Part shown: positions 38,771 through 52,395 of the stretch, piece after piece
Position numbering within the stretch: position 1 is the first letter of the stretch
Layout: each line of letters opens with the position of its first letter
DNA from: Eledone cirrhosa
Taxonomy: Eukaryota
Length of the DNA stretch: 64,000 nucleotides
Direction of reading: 5' to 3'
NCBI GenBank assembly: GCA_964016885.1
Contig: OZ024740.1
Location: 18,104,001 to 18,168,000 of the forward strand
Translations under genes and position numbers: made by a program
The notes under the pieces: generated by a model
What the model was told of the DNA's origin: nothing
What the model saw: the letters and a program-made list of their open reading frames with translations, nothing else
Databases searched by the model: none

Positions 38771-39936
38771 TCTTTATATATATAAAAGCGAGGATGTGTG
38801 TGTCTGTGTACAACTTTTCATACTTAAGGCTTTTACAATTACCAACTGAATTTGACCAAATTTTCTGTGCACGTTGCACAGGTCGCTAAGATTGTCACAT
38901 CACAAACATTTTTCAAATCGATCCACGTTGAGCAATAAAAAATCGATATCAAAATTATCGGTAGCAAAATTGATGTAAGGGAGATAACCAACTTTATTGA
39001 CAATCCTTATAAAAAAGGGAGATAACCAACTTTTCAAAAATATAAACATCACATTCATTTGAAGATAAATCACTAATATTATCGTTTGTTTCTTGTTTAT
39101 TCTTTGTTGCACTTTCAAAGTTAAAAAAACACTTGTTTTAACTTGTTTCACTATATTAAGTGTTAATTTTCGCGTTAAGGACCTAATCTCGCAGCAGTCT
39201 CAAATTGACGAGATTTTGATGATGGTTTGTTTATTTTGAGAACAATCGTTATGGGACTTTCCATTCAAACCATTGGGACCTACAACTTTTACATTTTTAA
39301 AACTTTCATAAGCCATGTTGATACAAAAAAAAAATTTGTTGCACTTTCAAAGTTAACTGTAACACTTCAATTCATACATTTTGACTTTACATCTTTTCAC
39401 CAAATATGCCCCGTAAAAGAAAGTATGCACATATTGGCTATCGGTCGAAGAAAACAATGCGTGTAAATGACGCTCCGCCGATAACCGTTGACTTCACCTT
39501 ACTCATTACAAGAAATACCAATGAATATGTCATGCAGGATATTTTTGATTATAAGTTAAAAATGTAAATATACACAGCAAAGGATGCTCTCAAAGAATAG
39601 ATTTTCTCTTATTCTACTCTCATTGTTCTTTTGTTTGTATACAACTCTGCTTTCATTACAACTTTTTGTACTTTAGCAAAACTGCCTGTTTTTTTACAGA
39701 TTTGCAACGTGTATTGTCTTTAATCATTTGTATAACTACATCCTGTTCAGTGTTTTCTTTCATCATGATCATTGTTTTATGTGTACAAAGATTGCACTAA
39801 ATATTCGTTTGCATTAATTATTGAAGACTTCTGCTTTTTTGACAGGTTGGGAACAAATAATGTTCTTCTTTTACTTCCTAGCTGTATATTCTTAGCATAA
39901 TTTCAAACCCCGAGCAACGCCGGGTAAATCTGCTAG
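38771..39936 (+). mobile_element. Non-autonomous Helitron
   Basis: 5' TC, 3' hairpin cccgagcaacgccggg followed by CTAG, inserted between A and T with no TSD; flanks rejoin into an intact HHR. Confidence 0.88.
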
Positions 39937-40435
39937 TATATAATAAAATAAATATGGTTTTATAAATATAGTTTCCATTTATTTAATATCATTGTATATA
40001 TAATATATATATATATGTTTGTCTGTATATATATATGTGAGTGTGTGTGATCATAGTTCTGCTGAATGCAGTGTTGACCTTGATATTTCTCTAGTAAAGA
40101 AAGGAAAAAATAAAAAAATAAAGTTGATTGTCAAGTTGAACAAGAGAAATAATGTTTCTATTAGTGTTTAGTGTTTCTATTGAGGATATTATATGAAGGC
40201 ACATAGTTTAGTGGTTAGATCATTGGGCTTGCAATCGAAAGGTTGTGAGTTCGGCTTATAGATGGTAGAGGGGGGCGGCTTATAGATGGTAGAAAGGGGT
40301 CGGCTTATAGATGACACCTAAAATATTTGTTGATTAGCTGCCTTGGTTTATAAGTGAGGGTCTGGATTTTTGCCCCTTTCTCAGACATGAAATAGTGGGG
40401 GTCGGCTTAGATTCGGATCTGCTTATATTTGAGTA

Positions 40436-40935
40436 TCATCATCATCATCATCATCGTTTAACGTCTATCTTCCACGCTAGCATGGGTTTAGACGGGAGTT
40501 GTCCCACTTGAGGCAAGATTGGTCGGGTGACGCGCATATAGGACTATCTGGCAGGTTTTTTACGGCTGGATGCCCTTCCTAACACCAACCACATTTACAG
40601 TGTGGACTGGGAACTTTTTACCGTGTTACCTACATGACAACTTAACAGCATGGACTGGATATTGTGGTACCAACATAACTTTACAGAGAAAGGGTGGTGT
40701 TGGTGGTAGTGGGGTAGTGGGTTGGGGTGTATTTGGTTTGGAGGGGCCTACTGACTGTAGGTTAACTTTGCATGTAGGGAAGGTGGGTCTTCTGTAATAC
40801 TGCATGGCACCAAAGATCTCAATCCAGTGACATTGTCTTAGAGAGGTGCAAGTGTGAAAGGTTGAACTTTATCATGTCGTCCCAGGTTTTTCTGGGTCTA
40901 CCTACTCCGTAATTTCCCTCAATTTTGATCGCCCT
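40436..40935 (-). mobile_element. RTE 3' fragment
   Basis: GVGRPRKTWDD on - strand, 3' UTR like 27431-27790, (GAT)n tail. Confidence 0.7.
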
Positions 40936-41894
40936 GTATATTATGGTAAATTCAGAAGAGAAAGAGTCTTGAACAGATAACAGCACAAAATATCTTATCT
41001 GAGGTTTCTAACAATTCCTCCCAATTCCTGTACTATTGTACAGGTATTGGTTTTAACATTGAGGTTCAGAGTTGTATAAAGGTAAACGTACTTTAGTTGT
41101 TGAATTGACATCCAAAACGTATCCTTTAGCATCAACTAACTTGCCCTCAGCCTCTGGGTCAAGTATGAGAGGATGGAGAATACATTTCCCTGTAGGAGGC
41201 TGAGGGAGATGAGCTAAAATAACCACTCCACCTCATGGGGCTCACACCTGTCGGTGGCCAACTCCGTTATTTATTGACTCCTGAAAGAATGTAAGACAAA
41301 AATCAACCTGAGTGGTATTGTTGTAAAGTGGTTAGGGATAGGAAGGGCATCAGGCCATAGAAATCTTGCCAAACAAAGGGTTGGGAGGATCCTCAGTTGT
41401 GTCAAAGATATGAAGATCTGTGTTGGTGATCTACACCAAAGGTTCTCAACGGGGGGGCATATGCACCCCCAGGGGGCGTTTGGGAGCAAGGGGGCATTAG
41501 GGGGGCGTTTGGAGCTTTGGGGGTGCACTGGAAGAGTCTTTACTTTGGTAAGTTTTATAAGCCATATTTGTATGTCTTTGAGACAGCCAGTGTGAATGCA
41601 TTTAAATGAGCATGCAGACAGCATAACTATGGTCTGACCGCAGCTGTGAGCAGGTGTGCAGGCATGTTTAGACCATTAACCGGCAATTGAGATCCTAACC
41701 ACGGAAAAACCCACAGTCAACTGGGTCAATGACACTTCAATCGCAGCCAGTTAGAATATTGTCTTTCCTTCACCGATAACAATGTATTTTATGTCTGAAA
41801 TTATTGACTCAACCGTAATGAGTTAACACTATGTAGATCTATTTTATTTCCTATTGTATAAATAATATTACAAATAAAAAAAAATAATTAAAAA

Positions 41895-42140
41895 AACACA
41901 GAAGCGGGTAGCACACATATCTAGGACCACATACAACACATAAGCAGGTAATACACACATCTAGGACTACATGCAACACATAATCAGGTAATACAAACAT
42001 CTAGGACCACATACAACACATAATCAGGTAATACATACATCTAGGACCACATGCAATACATAAACAGGTAATACATACATCTAGGACTGCCTACAACACA
42101 CAGGCAGGTAATACATACATCTAGGACCAAATACAACACA
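41895..42140. repeat. 40-bp tandem repeat, ~6 units, inside the hAT element
   Basis: caggtaatacatacatctaggaccacatacaacacataat variants. Confidence 0.88.
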
Positions 42141-42149
42141 CATTGTATC

Positions 42150-43201
42150 ATGTGCTACGGACGATGCTAGAGCAATGGTCGGCTAACATAAGGGTTTCGT
42201 CACTCTTCTGAAGAGAGAAAATCTATCTGTATTTGTTGTTCATTGGGTCATTCATCGACAACACTTGGCTGTGAAGAAACTCAGCAAGCCACTGAGCAAG
42301 TCCTTGCAGGTGGCCCTTGATTTCATCAATTTTATCAAACGGCATTCCCTCAATGAACGAATTTTCCAGCAACTGTGCCAAGATAATGACGAAGAATTCG
42401 TCAAGTTGCTCCTTCATAAGGAGGTGGCTTTCAAAGGGCAAGTGCCTTACTCACTTCTTTGAACTGTTTGACTCTATCATTGAGTTTCTGCGAGGACGCA
42501 ACACAGAACTGTACAAGAAAACCCTCAATGTGAGGCAAAACTGCGCCTACCTCACCGACATTGTCGACAAATGCAATAGCGTCATTTTGACTTTGCAGGG
42601 GAAGAAGATCACCTTGCTTAAAGCAAGGAATGCTGTGAAAGCATTCCTGGCCAAATTGAATGTCATTGAAAGGAATCTTTGTTGACGGGAATTCTATAAT
42701 TTTCCTAGTGTCGCCAATGTTCAAAACATTGTAAGCGATAACCAACTCCAAATTTATACCACTCACCTCCGTGCTCTACAAGACAACATGAGAGAACGGT
42801 TTGTCGACCTTTTGCCGATGGACATCTCAATGTGGGTAGCAGATCCCTTCACAGCTAACGTCGATGATTTGGACGTTATATTTCAGGAAGAATTCATTGA
42901 GCTTCAAGCAGATGACATGATCAAAATTAGATTTCCCAAAATAGGTGAACCCCTTTTTTGGATGCAAGACGAAATTCAGCGTCGATTTCCACACCTACAT
43001 GCAGAGGCTAAGAGATTTGCTCTGCCTTTTCCAAGCTCATACTTAGTCAAGAGGAGATTTGGTGCTGTTTCCAGAGTGCACAGTAAGGCTTGCAACCGCT
43101 ACAATGTAATTACATGTGGAGATCTCCGGCTACATCGTACGAAAATCCAGCTTGATGTCAAAGAGTTAGCTAGACTCCATAAAGTTCAAGGATCCCATTG
43201 A
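42150..43201 (+). pseudogene. hAT transposase C-terminal remnant
   Basis: ATDDARAM(VG), VHWVIHRQHL, INFIK..LNERIF, RWLSKG, dimerisation-domain region, VQGSH*. Confidence 0.85.
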
Positions 43202-44297
43202 AATGAGGTCAAAGTTAAAGTAAGTTGATTTATCCGAAAACTTGGATATGCTATTGTCACAAAGCAAACTAACAATTTGTAGTTGCAGTCTGACTGGACT
43301 GGAAACCATCTACTACAATTCACTTACTCATTTGTTGTATATATTTTACCATTTACTAATAAATATACCCTCCCGCGTGGTCATGAAAACCCTCTTCCGT
43401 GCTCTCTAAGCTCACAAAGCAGAGGGGACATCAAGTTAGATATCAACATTTATTCTGCCTGTTTCATTAAAGGGAAAATTGGAAAGCTTTGAAATGATAT
43501 AATTGCCACTTTCTTCCAGATGAGAGCACTCTTTGGATAGACAGAGTTGCTCTTGTATAAATGTTCAAAATAGCTGGTATCGCCTGGTGGGAATATAACA
43601 AATTCAACTGGTCTTTATTCATAAAAAAGAACATTTATGTTCCTTTTTTTGAAATTTATATATTTCCTTTCAAGGAATGTATTTATACTCTCAGCTGCCT
43701 GCAATGGTATCTTTGGAATATTGTTAATCAATTTTTTAGTAATCTACAGATATCGAAATCAGTAGTATATTGAAAAATGGAAAAATAGGAGGGGGGGGGG
43801 GGGGGCGTTTCGTGATTTCGAGGGACAAAAGGGGGCGTTTGGCCTAAATGGGTTGAGAACCTGTGATCTACACAATAAACACACCCAGTGCCACACAAAA
43901 GCATCCAGTACATCCTGTAAGGTGGTAGTAGGGGTACCATAATTAAATGTGCCAGGTATTCATCATGAAGTGGGCAGTGTAAGGAAGGGCATACAGTTGT
44001 AGAAACCATGGAACATATGAGATGTAGTCATCTGATCTGTCTCGGCCTCAGAATGTGACCTGTTTATCTCATTCAAGAATGGAAAATAGACATGAGACGA
44101 TGATAATGATGATGATGATAATGATGATGATGATGATGATGATGATGGTGATGATTATTATTATGAATCACGACATCACCAATTCTCAAAATGAAAAATT
44201 TTACTTTGCTTTTAATAAATGAGGTGTGTCTTATTTTCTCTAAATATAACTTTGTTGTGAGTCATGTATTGTGTTAAAGACATTTATACAACAGATC

Positions 44298-44605
44298 TGT
44301 GTGTGTGTAAGAGAGAGTGAGAGAGTGTGTGTGTGTAAGAGAGAGAGAGGGAGTGTGTCTGTGTAAGAAAGAGAGAGAGTGTGTGTGTGTATTTGTGTAA
44401 GAGAGAGTGCCTGTCTAAGAAAGAGTGCGTGTGTAAGAGAGAGAGAGAGTGTGTGTGTAAGAGAGAGAGAGAGAGTATATGTGTGTGTGTGTGTGTAAGA
44501 AAGAGAGAGAGTGTGTGTGTGTGTCTGTGTGTAAGAGAGAGAGAGTATGTGTGTATGTGTGTGTGTAAGAGAGAGAGAGTGTGAGCATGTGAGAATGTGT
44601 GTGGG
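44298..44605. repeat. Compound (GT)n/(GA)n microsatellite
   Basis: Direct inspection. Confidence 0.9.
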
Positions 44606-44635
44606 TGTCACGCACCAGCTATTCTGCTTAACTAA

Positions 44636-44832
44636 TAACTGTTTCTACTTTAGGCACAAGGCCAGCAATTATCCCAGTGCACTACTGGTACTTTATTTTA
44701 TCGACCCCGTAAGGATGAAAGGCAAAGTTAACCTCGGCAGGATTTGAACTCAGACCATAAAGGGCCGTAACTTTTTGCTGCAAAGCATGGTGTCCGACCC
44801 TCTACCAATACTGCCAATCCATCGCCTTAACT
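44636..44832 (-). mobile_element. tRNA-derived Meta-domain-type SINE; further copies ~48660-48810 (-), ~57637-57955 (-), 58538-58730 (+)
   Basis: B box GTTCAAATC followed by gcctttcatccttacggggtcgataaaataaagtaccag. Confidence 0.8.
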
Positions 44833-45245
44833 AATAATTTAACGAAAGAAGGGTGAAATATTGAATAGTTATAGGACAAGAGGGGAAATATTTTCCTGGG
44901 TCACTTGATTCAGCAGTTTAAATCCTCAATTGGAGCAAAATTATTGTGTTCAGTGCTCAGGTGCACTACAACTCATCAAAGGTGCTTTTACTTTCTCTTT
45001 TCTTTATTTCACTTATACCATAAAGCCCCTTCCAAAAAAAAAAAAAAAGCAGTAGGAGTTACACACTTTTACACTTTCCCTACTACCACCCACCCCTTGC
45101 TAAAGTAGAGGGCATTTATTTTACCTGCTTAATAACTAATGGAAATAGAGCCAGTGATGAATGTTGTGAAGAGAAATGGAATAAGATGGTTGGGTCATGT
45201 GTTGAGGAAGTATGAAAGTGATTGGATGTGAGGAATGATAGAAAT

Positions 45246-45625
45246 ATGAGAGCCGGCTGAAAATTCCATAGGTTGACCAAGATACTCTCATGGAATGTGA
45301 CCAAATGAGGTTTATTTCTCAACATAGTCCCCCTTGCAGTCCAACATGTCTTCCATCAATGTTGCAGGACTTGGATCCCATCGGTGAAGAAGCTTTCATC
45401 CTGTTGGTGGAGAAAGTCATCAACAACAGATATAATGTCATCATCATCATCATCATGATCATCATCATCACTGTGATACTGGTTCCCAGCCAAGTGTTTT
45501 TCCATGCTGGAGAACAGATGATAGTGAGATGGGGCCAATTCAGGAGATTAGGGGGGGGGTGATCAACCAGTTCAAAGCCACAGTCACACACAGTAGCCAC
45601 TGAAACTAGGGACTTGTGTGCATTT
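45246..45625 (-). mobile_element. mariner (DD34D-type) transposase 3' remnant
   Basis: FELVDHPP..APSHYHLFSSMEKHLAG..FFTDGIQVLQHRW. Confidence 0.75.
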
Positions 45626-45724
45626 AGATCCCTTTTGTCAGTTTTCCTTGGTGTTTGGTCTTGATAGCCTTTTGTAACTGCCTTAGCAAGTTGGCATAGA
45701 ACTCTCCATGGTGTGGGCCTTTTA

Positions 45725-46830
45725 AATAACAATAATAATGAAATTATTGTGTACAGTGCTCAGGTGCACTACAACTCATCAAAGGTGCATGTATAGTACA
45801 TAGAATAATGTACAAATGTCAGGAAAATGAACAGTGTAAGAGTCATGATATACACAGATGTGTATGGAGGGGGAATATCAGGTGTAGCATTGACAAATTT
45901 CAGGAAGCATGGAGGTTTTAAAGGATGCAGTGTTTCGACAGCTAACAACTGATGCAGGTAGTTTGTTCCATGCTTCAGCAACTCTGAATATGAAAAAATG
46001 TTTCCGAAAGTCATGGGAGCTGTGCTGTTTTCTGACTTTGTAAGCATGTCCACAGGTGTTAGACACATGGAATTCAAAAAGGTGCTCAGGGTTGATGTTG
46101 GAAAGATAGTTAATAATTTTGTGGTGTCTACCAAGTCAGTTGCAAGACGTCGGAGCTTCAATGTATCCATGCCCAGGGAAGCAAAGTGTTCAGAGTATGG
46201 TAGATGCCTGATGGAGGGTATTTGCTTGGTTAAATGTCTCTGAACAATTTCCAGGAGGTCAATTTTCTGAGCAAGATAGCGGTTCCAGACTGGCGATGCA
46301 AATTCTAAGTTTGGACACACCATAGCTTTAAATAAATAGCTGGAGAGTGGCTGACAAAGGTCTTACTGAATGGTGTTAAGACACCCTCGGCCTTCTTGAC
46401 AATTTCAGAGATGTGCTTCGTCCAACGCAAATCGCTGCTGACAGTAATGCCTAGGTCATTTTCACAAGAAGACTTCTTGATATTAGCATTGTGGAGGGAA
46501 TTTGTGAGCACTGGGTTTTCCCCTAAAAAAGCATGGTTGTACACTTGTCCACAGCGAGCTTGAATTGCCAGTCCATGATCAATTGTTGCATTGTGTCCAG
46601 GTTTTATTGCAGGAAAGATCTATAGCGTACCAGATCTATCCTTTTTATTTCAATGTATCCATGGACCTTCAATGTATCCATGCCCAGGGAAGCAAGGCAT
46701 TCAGAGTATGGTAGATGCCTGATGGAGGGTATTCGCTTCATTGCACGTCTCTGAACAGTTTCCAGGAGATCAATATTCTGAGCAAGATAGGGGTTCCAGA
46801 CTGGTGATGCAAATTCTAAGTGTGGCCACT
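45725..46830 (-). mobile_element. CR1/L2-group LINE fragments (same family as 35315-36616), rearranged
   Basis: LEFASPVWN..QRR..KRIPSIRHLPYSE present twice (46156-46325 and 46666-46830). Confidence 0.85.
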
Positions 46831-47264
46831 GCTTTTGAGGACAGTCAATAAACACAGTGTCTTTTATATTCTAAAAAACTGAGATCATCACCATCCCTGG
46901 AGATGAAACAACCTTGGCCTTCTTAGGAACAGGTGAGGAGGGGTCTTTACGTTGCATGGATTTCTCTTTGTCTCTGGTTCAAAGTGATGAATCCAACACT
47001 TGTTCTGGGTTAGGAAATGTTCAAGGAAACCATCAGAATCTCTCAAACAATGTCAGATTATCCTGTAATGTGATCAGCCTGGTGCACTTTTGATCAGGTG
47101 TCAGAAGATATGGCACTTACTGAGCAGAAACCTTTGTCATGCCAAGTTCATTGTGCATAATATTCTCAACTCTCTCTCAATGTTATTATGCTAATAACAT
47201 TGGCTATTTGATTTATAGTCAACTGCATGTCATTAATCACCATGTGGTAAACATGATCAATTGT

Positions 47265-47432
47265 GAAGGTGCATGGCTTAGAAGTTAGAGCATTGGGCTT
47301 GCATTCGAAAGGTTGTGAGTTCAATTCTCAGACCGGGTAATGTGTTGTTTCCTTGAGCAAGACACTTTATTTCACATTGCTCCAGTTTACTCAGCTGTAG
47401 AAATGAGATGATAGGACTGGGGTCCCTATCAT
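47265..47432 (+). mobile_element. CORE-type SINE 5' half
   Basis: tggcttagaagttagagc (A box), gttcaattc (B box), CORE-like segment. Confidence 0.78.
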
Positions 47433-47987
47433 TAAATTACCCAAGACACCTCCAATGAGATATACCTTGGAGGAGGCCAGCTAAACCTGCATAGGTGTGA
47501 GCTGTCACACACACACAAACATGATCAATGTTTTCCTTGGTGGTGACAGTTGCACAACATCCAGCCTGGAGTCATCTTCAACACTCTACCTTCCTCTACC
47601 TTCCCCTCCTAAATTCAGCAGCCTACTTTTGCACTGTAGATAAAGGTGGAACATCATCTCCTAATATAGCAGCCATGTCAGCATGAATGTCCTTGGGAGT
47701 CATAGCAACCATGTCAGCATGAATGTCCTTGGGAGTCAAACCCTTTATCCGCAAGTACTTGATAACACCGCAATGCCAAATTTTGTCCATTTCCAAGATA
47801 TGTCACTACTTTTGAAGTCTTCTTTGAACAGTCAGATGTCAGTTTACCTTGAAAGAAACAATAAAGTTATTAATACGAAGAGTCAAATTTAATGCATGCA
47901 AGATGTCACAGCTCTAGCATCACTCCTTCATAGTCAGCCTATGAACTTTTCAGTCCTTCCCCCTCCAAACACACACATATATATATA

Positions 47988-48320
47988 TCATCATCATTTT
48001 ACGTCCGCTTTTGCCTGCTTGCAAGGGTGGGACGGGAACTGATTCTGGCTTGATTTCTACAGCTGGATGCCCTTCCTAACACCAACCTCAGTTACAGTGA
48101 GTGCTGGGTGCTTTTTTTCCGTGGCACCTCCACGTCCACTTTGCAGTGGAATGATAGGGACCCCAGTCCCTATCATCTCATTTCTACAGCTGAGTAAACT
48201 GGAGCAATGTGAAATAAAGTGTCTTGCTCAAGGACATAACACATCACCCGGTCTGAGAATTGAACTCACAACCTTTCGATTGCAAGGCCAATGCTCTAAC
48301 CACTAAGCCATGTGCCTCCT
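47988..48320 (-). mobile_element. Full-length CORE-type SINE with RTE tail; partial copy at 55438-55668 (-)
   Basis: ggaggcacatggcttagtggttagagc head through ...gcggacgtaaaatgatgatg. Confidence 0.85.
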
Positions 48321-48338
48321 ACAAAAATATTAGGAAGC

Positions 48339-48377
48339 CTCCCTGGCGGGGAATCGAACCCACTATACTACCGAGGA
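48339..48377 (-). pseudogene. Collapsed tRNA-Asp-like sequence lacking the anticodon arm
   Basis: TCCTCGGTAGTATAGTGG joined to GTTCGATTCCCCGCCAGGGAG; matches both ends of metazoan tRNA-Asp(GTC). Confidence 0.75.
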
Positions 48378-48382
48378 CCTCA

Positions 48383-48417
<35 letters not shown>

Positions 48418-49019
48418 TTATAAAGAGTTGGGACCCGATGGCTGAGCTCTTGCCATTTCAACAGACTATATATAGTTCCCGTCCCACCCTTGCAAGCAGG
48501 GAAAAGCGGACGTAAAATGATGATGATGATGATGATATACATATAGGACAGGCTTCAATACAATTTCCGTCAATCAAACTCTCCAAAGCTTTAACAGAAA
48601 ACATGTAGTTACGAAGTGAATATCGTTTATTCACAGTTGTATAAAAAAGGAAATATAATTATTTCTACTTTTAGCACAAGGCCAGCAATTATCCAGTGCA
48701 TTACTGGTACTTTGTTTTATCGACTCCGTAAGGATGAAAGGCAAAGTTAACCTTGGCGGGATTTGAACTCAGATCGTAAAGGGACGACCTTCTACCGATA
48801 CTGCCAATATAATTATACAATATAAGGCTTACAGAATGAAAATATAAACACATATAATATATACAAAGCATATAAATAAATTTACAGTAGAATAACATAG
48901 TAAATATGTTTTAAATATATACATAAATGACATTACAAATGCTTAAATAACATTATAAATTGCTCGCGATTCTTTCAGAAAGATATATTCCTTTAATGTT
49001 ACAATATTAAAGAAAATAT

Positions 49020-51215
49020 AAAGGAAGGGGTGAACACCCGAACCAACACCAGAGCAAAAGACAGCAGTGTCGCGAGGAGTACCGGGCAACCTCTCTAATG
49101 ATTTCTGAGACAAGCCAGCACACTTGCAGCGTTACCTCGGGTGATGGCGAGGCTTATGCGCTGGAACAACCAAGTGCCCTCGTGAGATTCGTCAGTTACC
49201 TCCATTAGGCGAGCCACCAGTGAATAGAGGAAACTCGCAGTCAGCAGCCTAACTCCCCCGAACGTCTCGAAAGCCACAGGCTGGAAAATGTAGTTGGCCG
49301 ACGGAACTCAGTATTTAAGGGTTTTGCCCCATTCAGCTGCAGAAGCTGTGGCTTTCTCCCTAATTACAGCATCCAGGATGTGTGAAGAAGCAAAAGAGTC
49401 ACGAACTGTGACGTCTCAGACAAGGCACCTGCCTCTCGACCAGCGGCACAGGGTAAGGATGTCAGGTCTTTTTCCGTCACTTCTGGACAACCCAGATGGT
49501 TCCAAGATTGAGGGGATGTTTGTCTGAGCCAAAGCTCTCTTCAGGATAAGGTTTAGCTCCGTGTGACGCGCCAAGCGACCGGCATTTAGGCGGCAAGAAA
49601 GACCGTGGAGGCCTGTGGAGTCAAGGAGTTTGCCGCATCGACACCTCAAACCCATACAGACGTCAGCTCCCACTCTGAGGGCGATGAAGACATGAAGTTC
49701 ATCCAGGCTGAGTAGGCCACCACCGTTAGCCATCGGTAGGGCATCAACCCAGTCACCTGAGTATTTGGCGCTGGCAGATAGTAAGCGGCACCTTGCAAAC
49801 TGATCCGACTGGACGAAGAGGGAGTCGAAGGTGGCCCTTGAACTTGTAGTGACCTACATTCCGCGGGCTCACATACATTCTCTGTGCGTGATTTGGCTCA
49901 GCTCAGCCAATCAGCGCCAGTAGAAGAGGATGTATCCCTACGCGTCCTGAGGGAGAAATTACCCGCGAAGATTTGAAGAATCTCTCTCTCGCACCAGGAC
50001 ATTCGAACCAGCAACACGTACATGTGACGGTGAGATTTTGCTTTCCGGCGCAATGGCACATTCCCTTTTGTAACCTCATTTTTATGTGTAACTTCAACCA
50101 TACAAGTTAACAAACATTATTTGTGCTACAAGGAACCTCCCATGCTGTTAAAAACTTATGCTGTCCCAAGCTCTCTGATTTCTACTGTCCTTCACCTTGT
50201 CAGGAACAGACAAGCCCAACTCACTCCAATGTTGGAGAGCTTCATCCAACTCCCTGTTGGAACTATTCCATGTTGGAGAAGAGAGGATGTTGCTCATCAG
50301 GGTAGAGCAAGTGTGGGTAGAGGAAAGGAAGCAAGTGAGAGAGAGGAACAAATATTTATGAAGACCAAGACCCCCAGATCGCTAGGGCAACGCAGCCTGA
50401 TCGCGGGACTCTGGAGAGAGTCTAACATTGACCAGGCACTCGAGTCTCTCGAAGATTAGGTCATTGAAGCATTGGAGGCAGGATGGAAATCTATGAGAGG
50501 GTCTGACCCTGAGCATATATAGAAGCTTAGGAATGAAAAGGTAGTTTCTGAGTATAAAGAAACCTTGATGGGGTTCGATAACTTCAATATTCTTCAGCAG
50601 CTGCTCAAGGCCAGCCATCTTCGATTGGAAGATTGACTCGAAGGCGAGGTCTATAATTGGGGCTCCTAAGGAGCACCAAGCTGGCGGGGAAGGGACCGCA
50701 ATGGAAGGGAAGGACTCCATAAAGAGGTCGATTATCTGTTGGTATTGAGAAGCCAGGTGGTTGAGGATCCAGAACTCACATTTCGAGCTATTGACCTGGA
50801 GACCCCGGCGGCCAAGCTCCTCAACCATTTTGTTAGCCGTAGCGAGAACCATATCCGGAGTTCCCACCAAACAAGCTTCTTCGAGATACCAAACGTTAAG
50901 GTCCAACTCAACCCCATCTTGGTGACGTCATCAATGCCCAGTGCAAACAGAGCGGGCCTGAGTGGGTCGCCTTGTTGGACTCCTGAGGCAGAGGTGATTA
51001 TTTGGTCACCGAAAGAGAGGTAGGAGGGCTCCCGATAAGCCTGCCAAACAAAGTGGGAGAGTTGTGAGACCCTCTCTCTTACTGAGCCGAGGACGACGTT
51101 GCGACGTAAAGGCATTCTTGAGGTCAAGTTTGAGGATGACCTTGGGGGACAAGGAGGGCAAGTTGGTAAAGGCTCTTGAAGCGTGGGCAGCAGTCTCACA
51201 TCCCAACTTGGTACC
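49020..51215 (-). mobile_element. CRE-clade-like non-LTR retrotransposon, truncated and interrupted (~49845-50360)
   Basis: LKLDLKNAF, SGVQQGDPL.PALF, NVWYL, CRCG..HGLSC..RH, EPSGLSRSDGKRPD, AFETFG, QRISLAITRGNAA. Confidence 0.85.
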
Positions 51216-51960
51216 TAAATCATACAACGAAGTTTATACCGTATATAAAGACAAATAGAAATACAATAAAATTAAATATTAAAGTATATTTTTTGTTAGT
51301 TTCTCCAAAATATGTGTTACAGAAACATAAACATTTTATTTGATGTTTTACAACCCAATACAAGACAGAAAAATATAATAAAATGCCAAGGAAAGATAAC
51401 TTCATCATATATTGAGTTATCGCCCTGAAACTGCAATACCTTTTTCTTGGTAAATAAACCAAATTTTACGAGACGAGGCAGTCTTTCTCTATAAAGTCAT
51501 TATACCTTCTAGAAATAACAGCCAAATATACATATTACGCTGCCTGTTGTCTTGAAAATGTTGGGACACATTAGATAACGTGATTGTAGATAGACAGTGC
51601 ACGAGAGACGAACCTACAGTCACGGCAGATCTACTCAGTTACATAAACCGGTGCATTGAAACAGATATCTCCAGTAATAATTATACCGCCTGAATTGTAT
51701 AGCTTCCCCTTTTTACTGTAGCCAGTGAATATACAGTGAACAATATCTGACATTAAATAAATACATAAATAAATACTTCCAGAATGACTGCTTCTGCTGT
51801 TTATAGTCATCAGTTGTTATCATTTAGCCCCAAGGCGGTATTTATCATTTCTGTCTTTTTTTAATTAAATAATATATATATATCCGGGAGCTTCCAACCG
51901 ACATGGTCGCATTCTTTAAGGGTATGTCAATATTTGTTTATAAAACTGATCTATATTATA

Positions 51961-52021
51961 TTTTATCTGATGAAAGTGCATCATAATTTGCTTTGGTGTC
52001 CTTGAAATATGTATAATGAAA
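51961..52021 (+). ncRNA. Type I hammerhead ribozyme (family A)
   Basis: ttttat CTGATGA aagtgcatca..tggtgtcctt GAAA TATGTA TA atgaaa. Confidence 0.75.
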
Positions 52022-52395
52022 TAAATATGGTTTTATAAATATAGTTTCCATTTGTTAATATATTGTATTTTTACTCCAATAATTTGTTGAGTGCTTTATA
52101 TCAGTTATAAAAATATTTGCTTGTTGTATCCCAACAAATTAAATATAACTTCTACACACACATATATATATATATATATTTATATATATAAGCATGTTCA
52201 CGCACATACATATATGTATACAGATTTACAGTTGTATGTATATATATATACATACATGCACACACATATATATATGCACGTATGGATTCACCGAACATTT
52301 ATTATAATGCTTGGTGTGTTTGTAAACAAACATTCCGTATTAAGCCGTAGTGTCCAGCAACCATCGTTGCTCGTTTGTTCAACACTGACAAAGGA

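Larger units (their letters stand above)
41437..43865 (+). mobile_element. hAT transposon (Buster/Charlie type), decayed
   Basis: TIRs CAAAGGTTCTCAAC / GTTGAGAACCTGTG; 8-bp TSD ATCTACAC with central TA; transposase fragments RWLSKG, LPFPSSYLV..FGAV, AQGSH-like end. Confidence 0.92.

Noticed and set aside
47265-47340. Functional tRNA gene
   Set aside because: tRNA-like head continues into a SINE body and lacks a proper acceptor stem.
47665-47738. 36-bp tandem duplication
   Set aside because: Isolated local duplication with no further structure.
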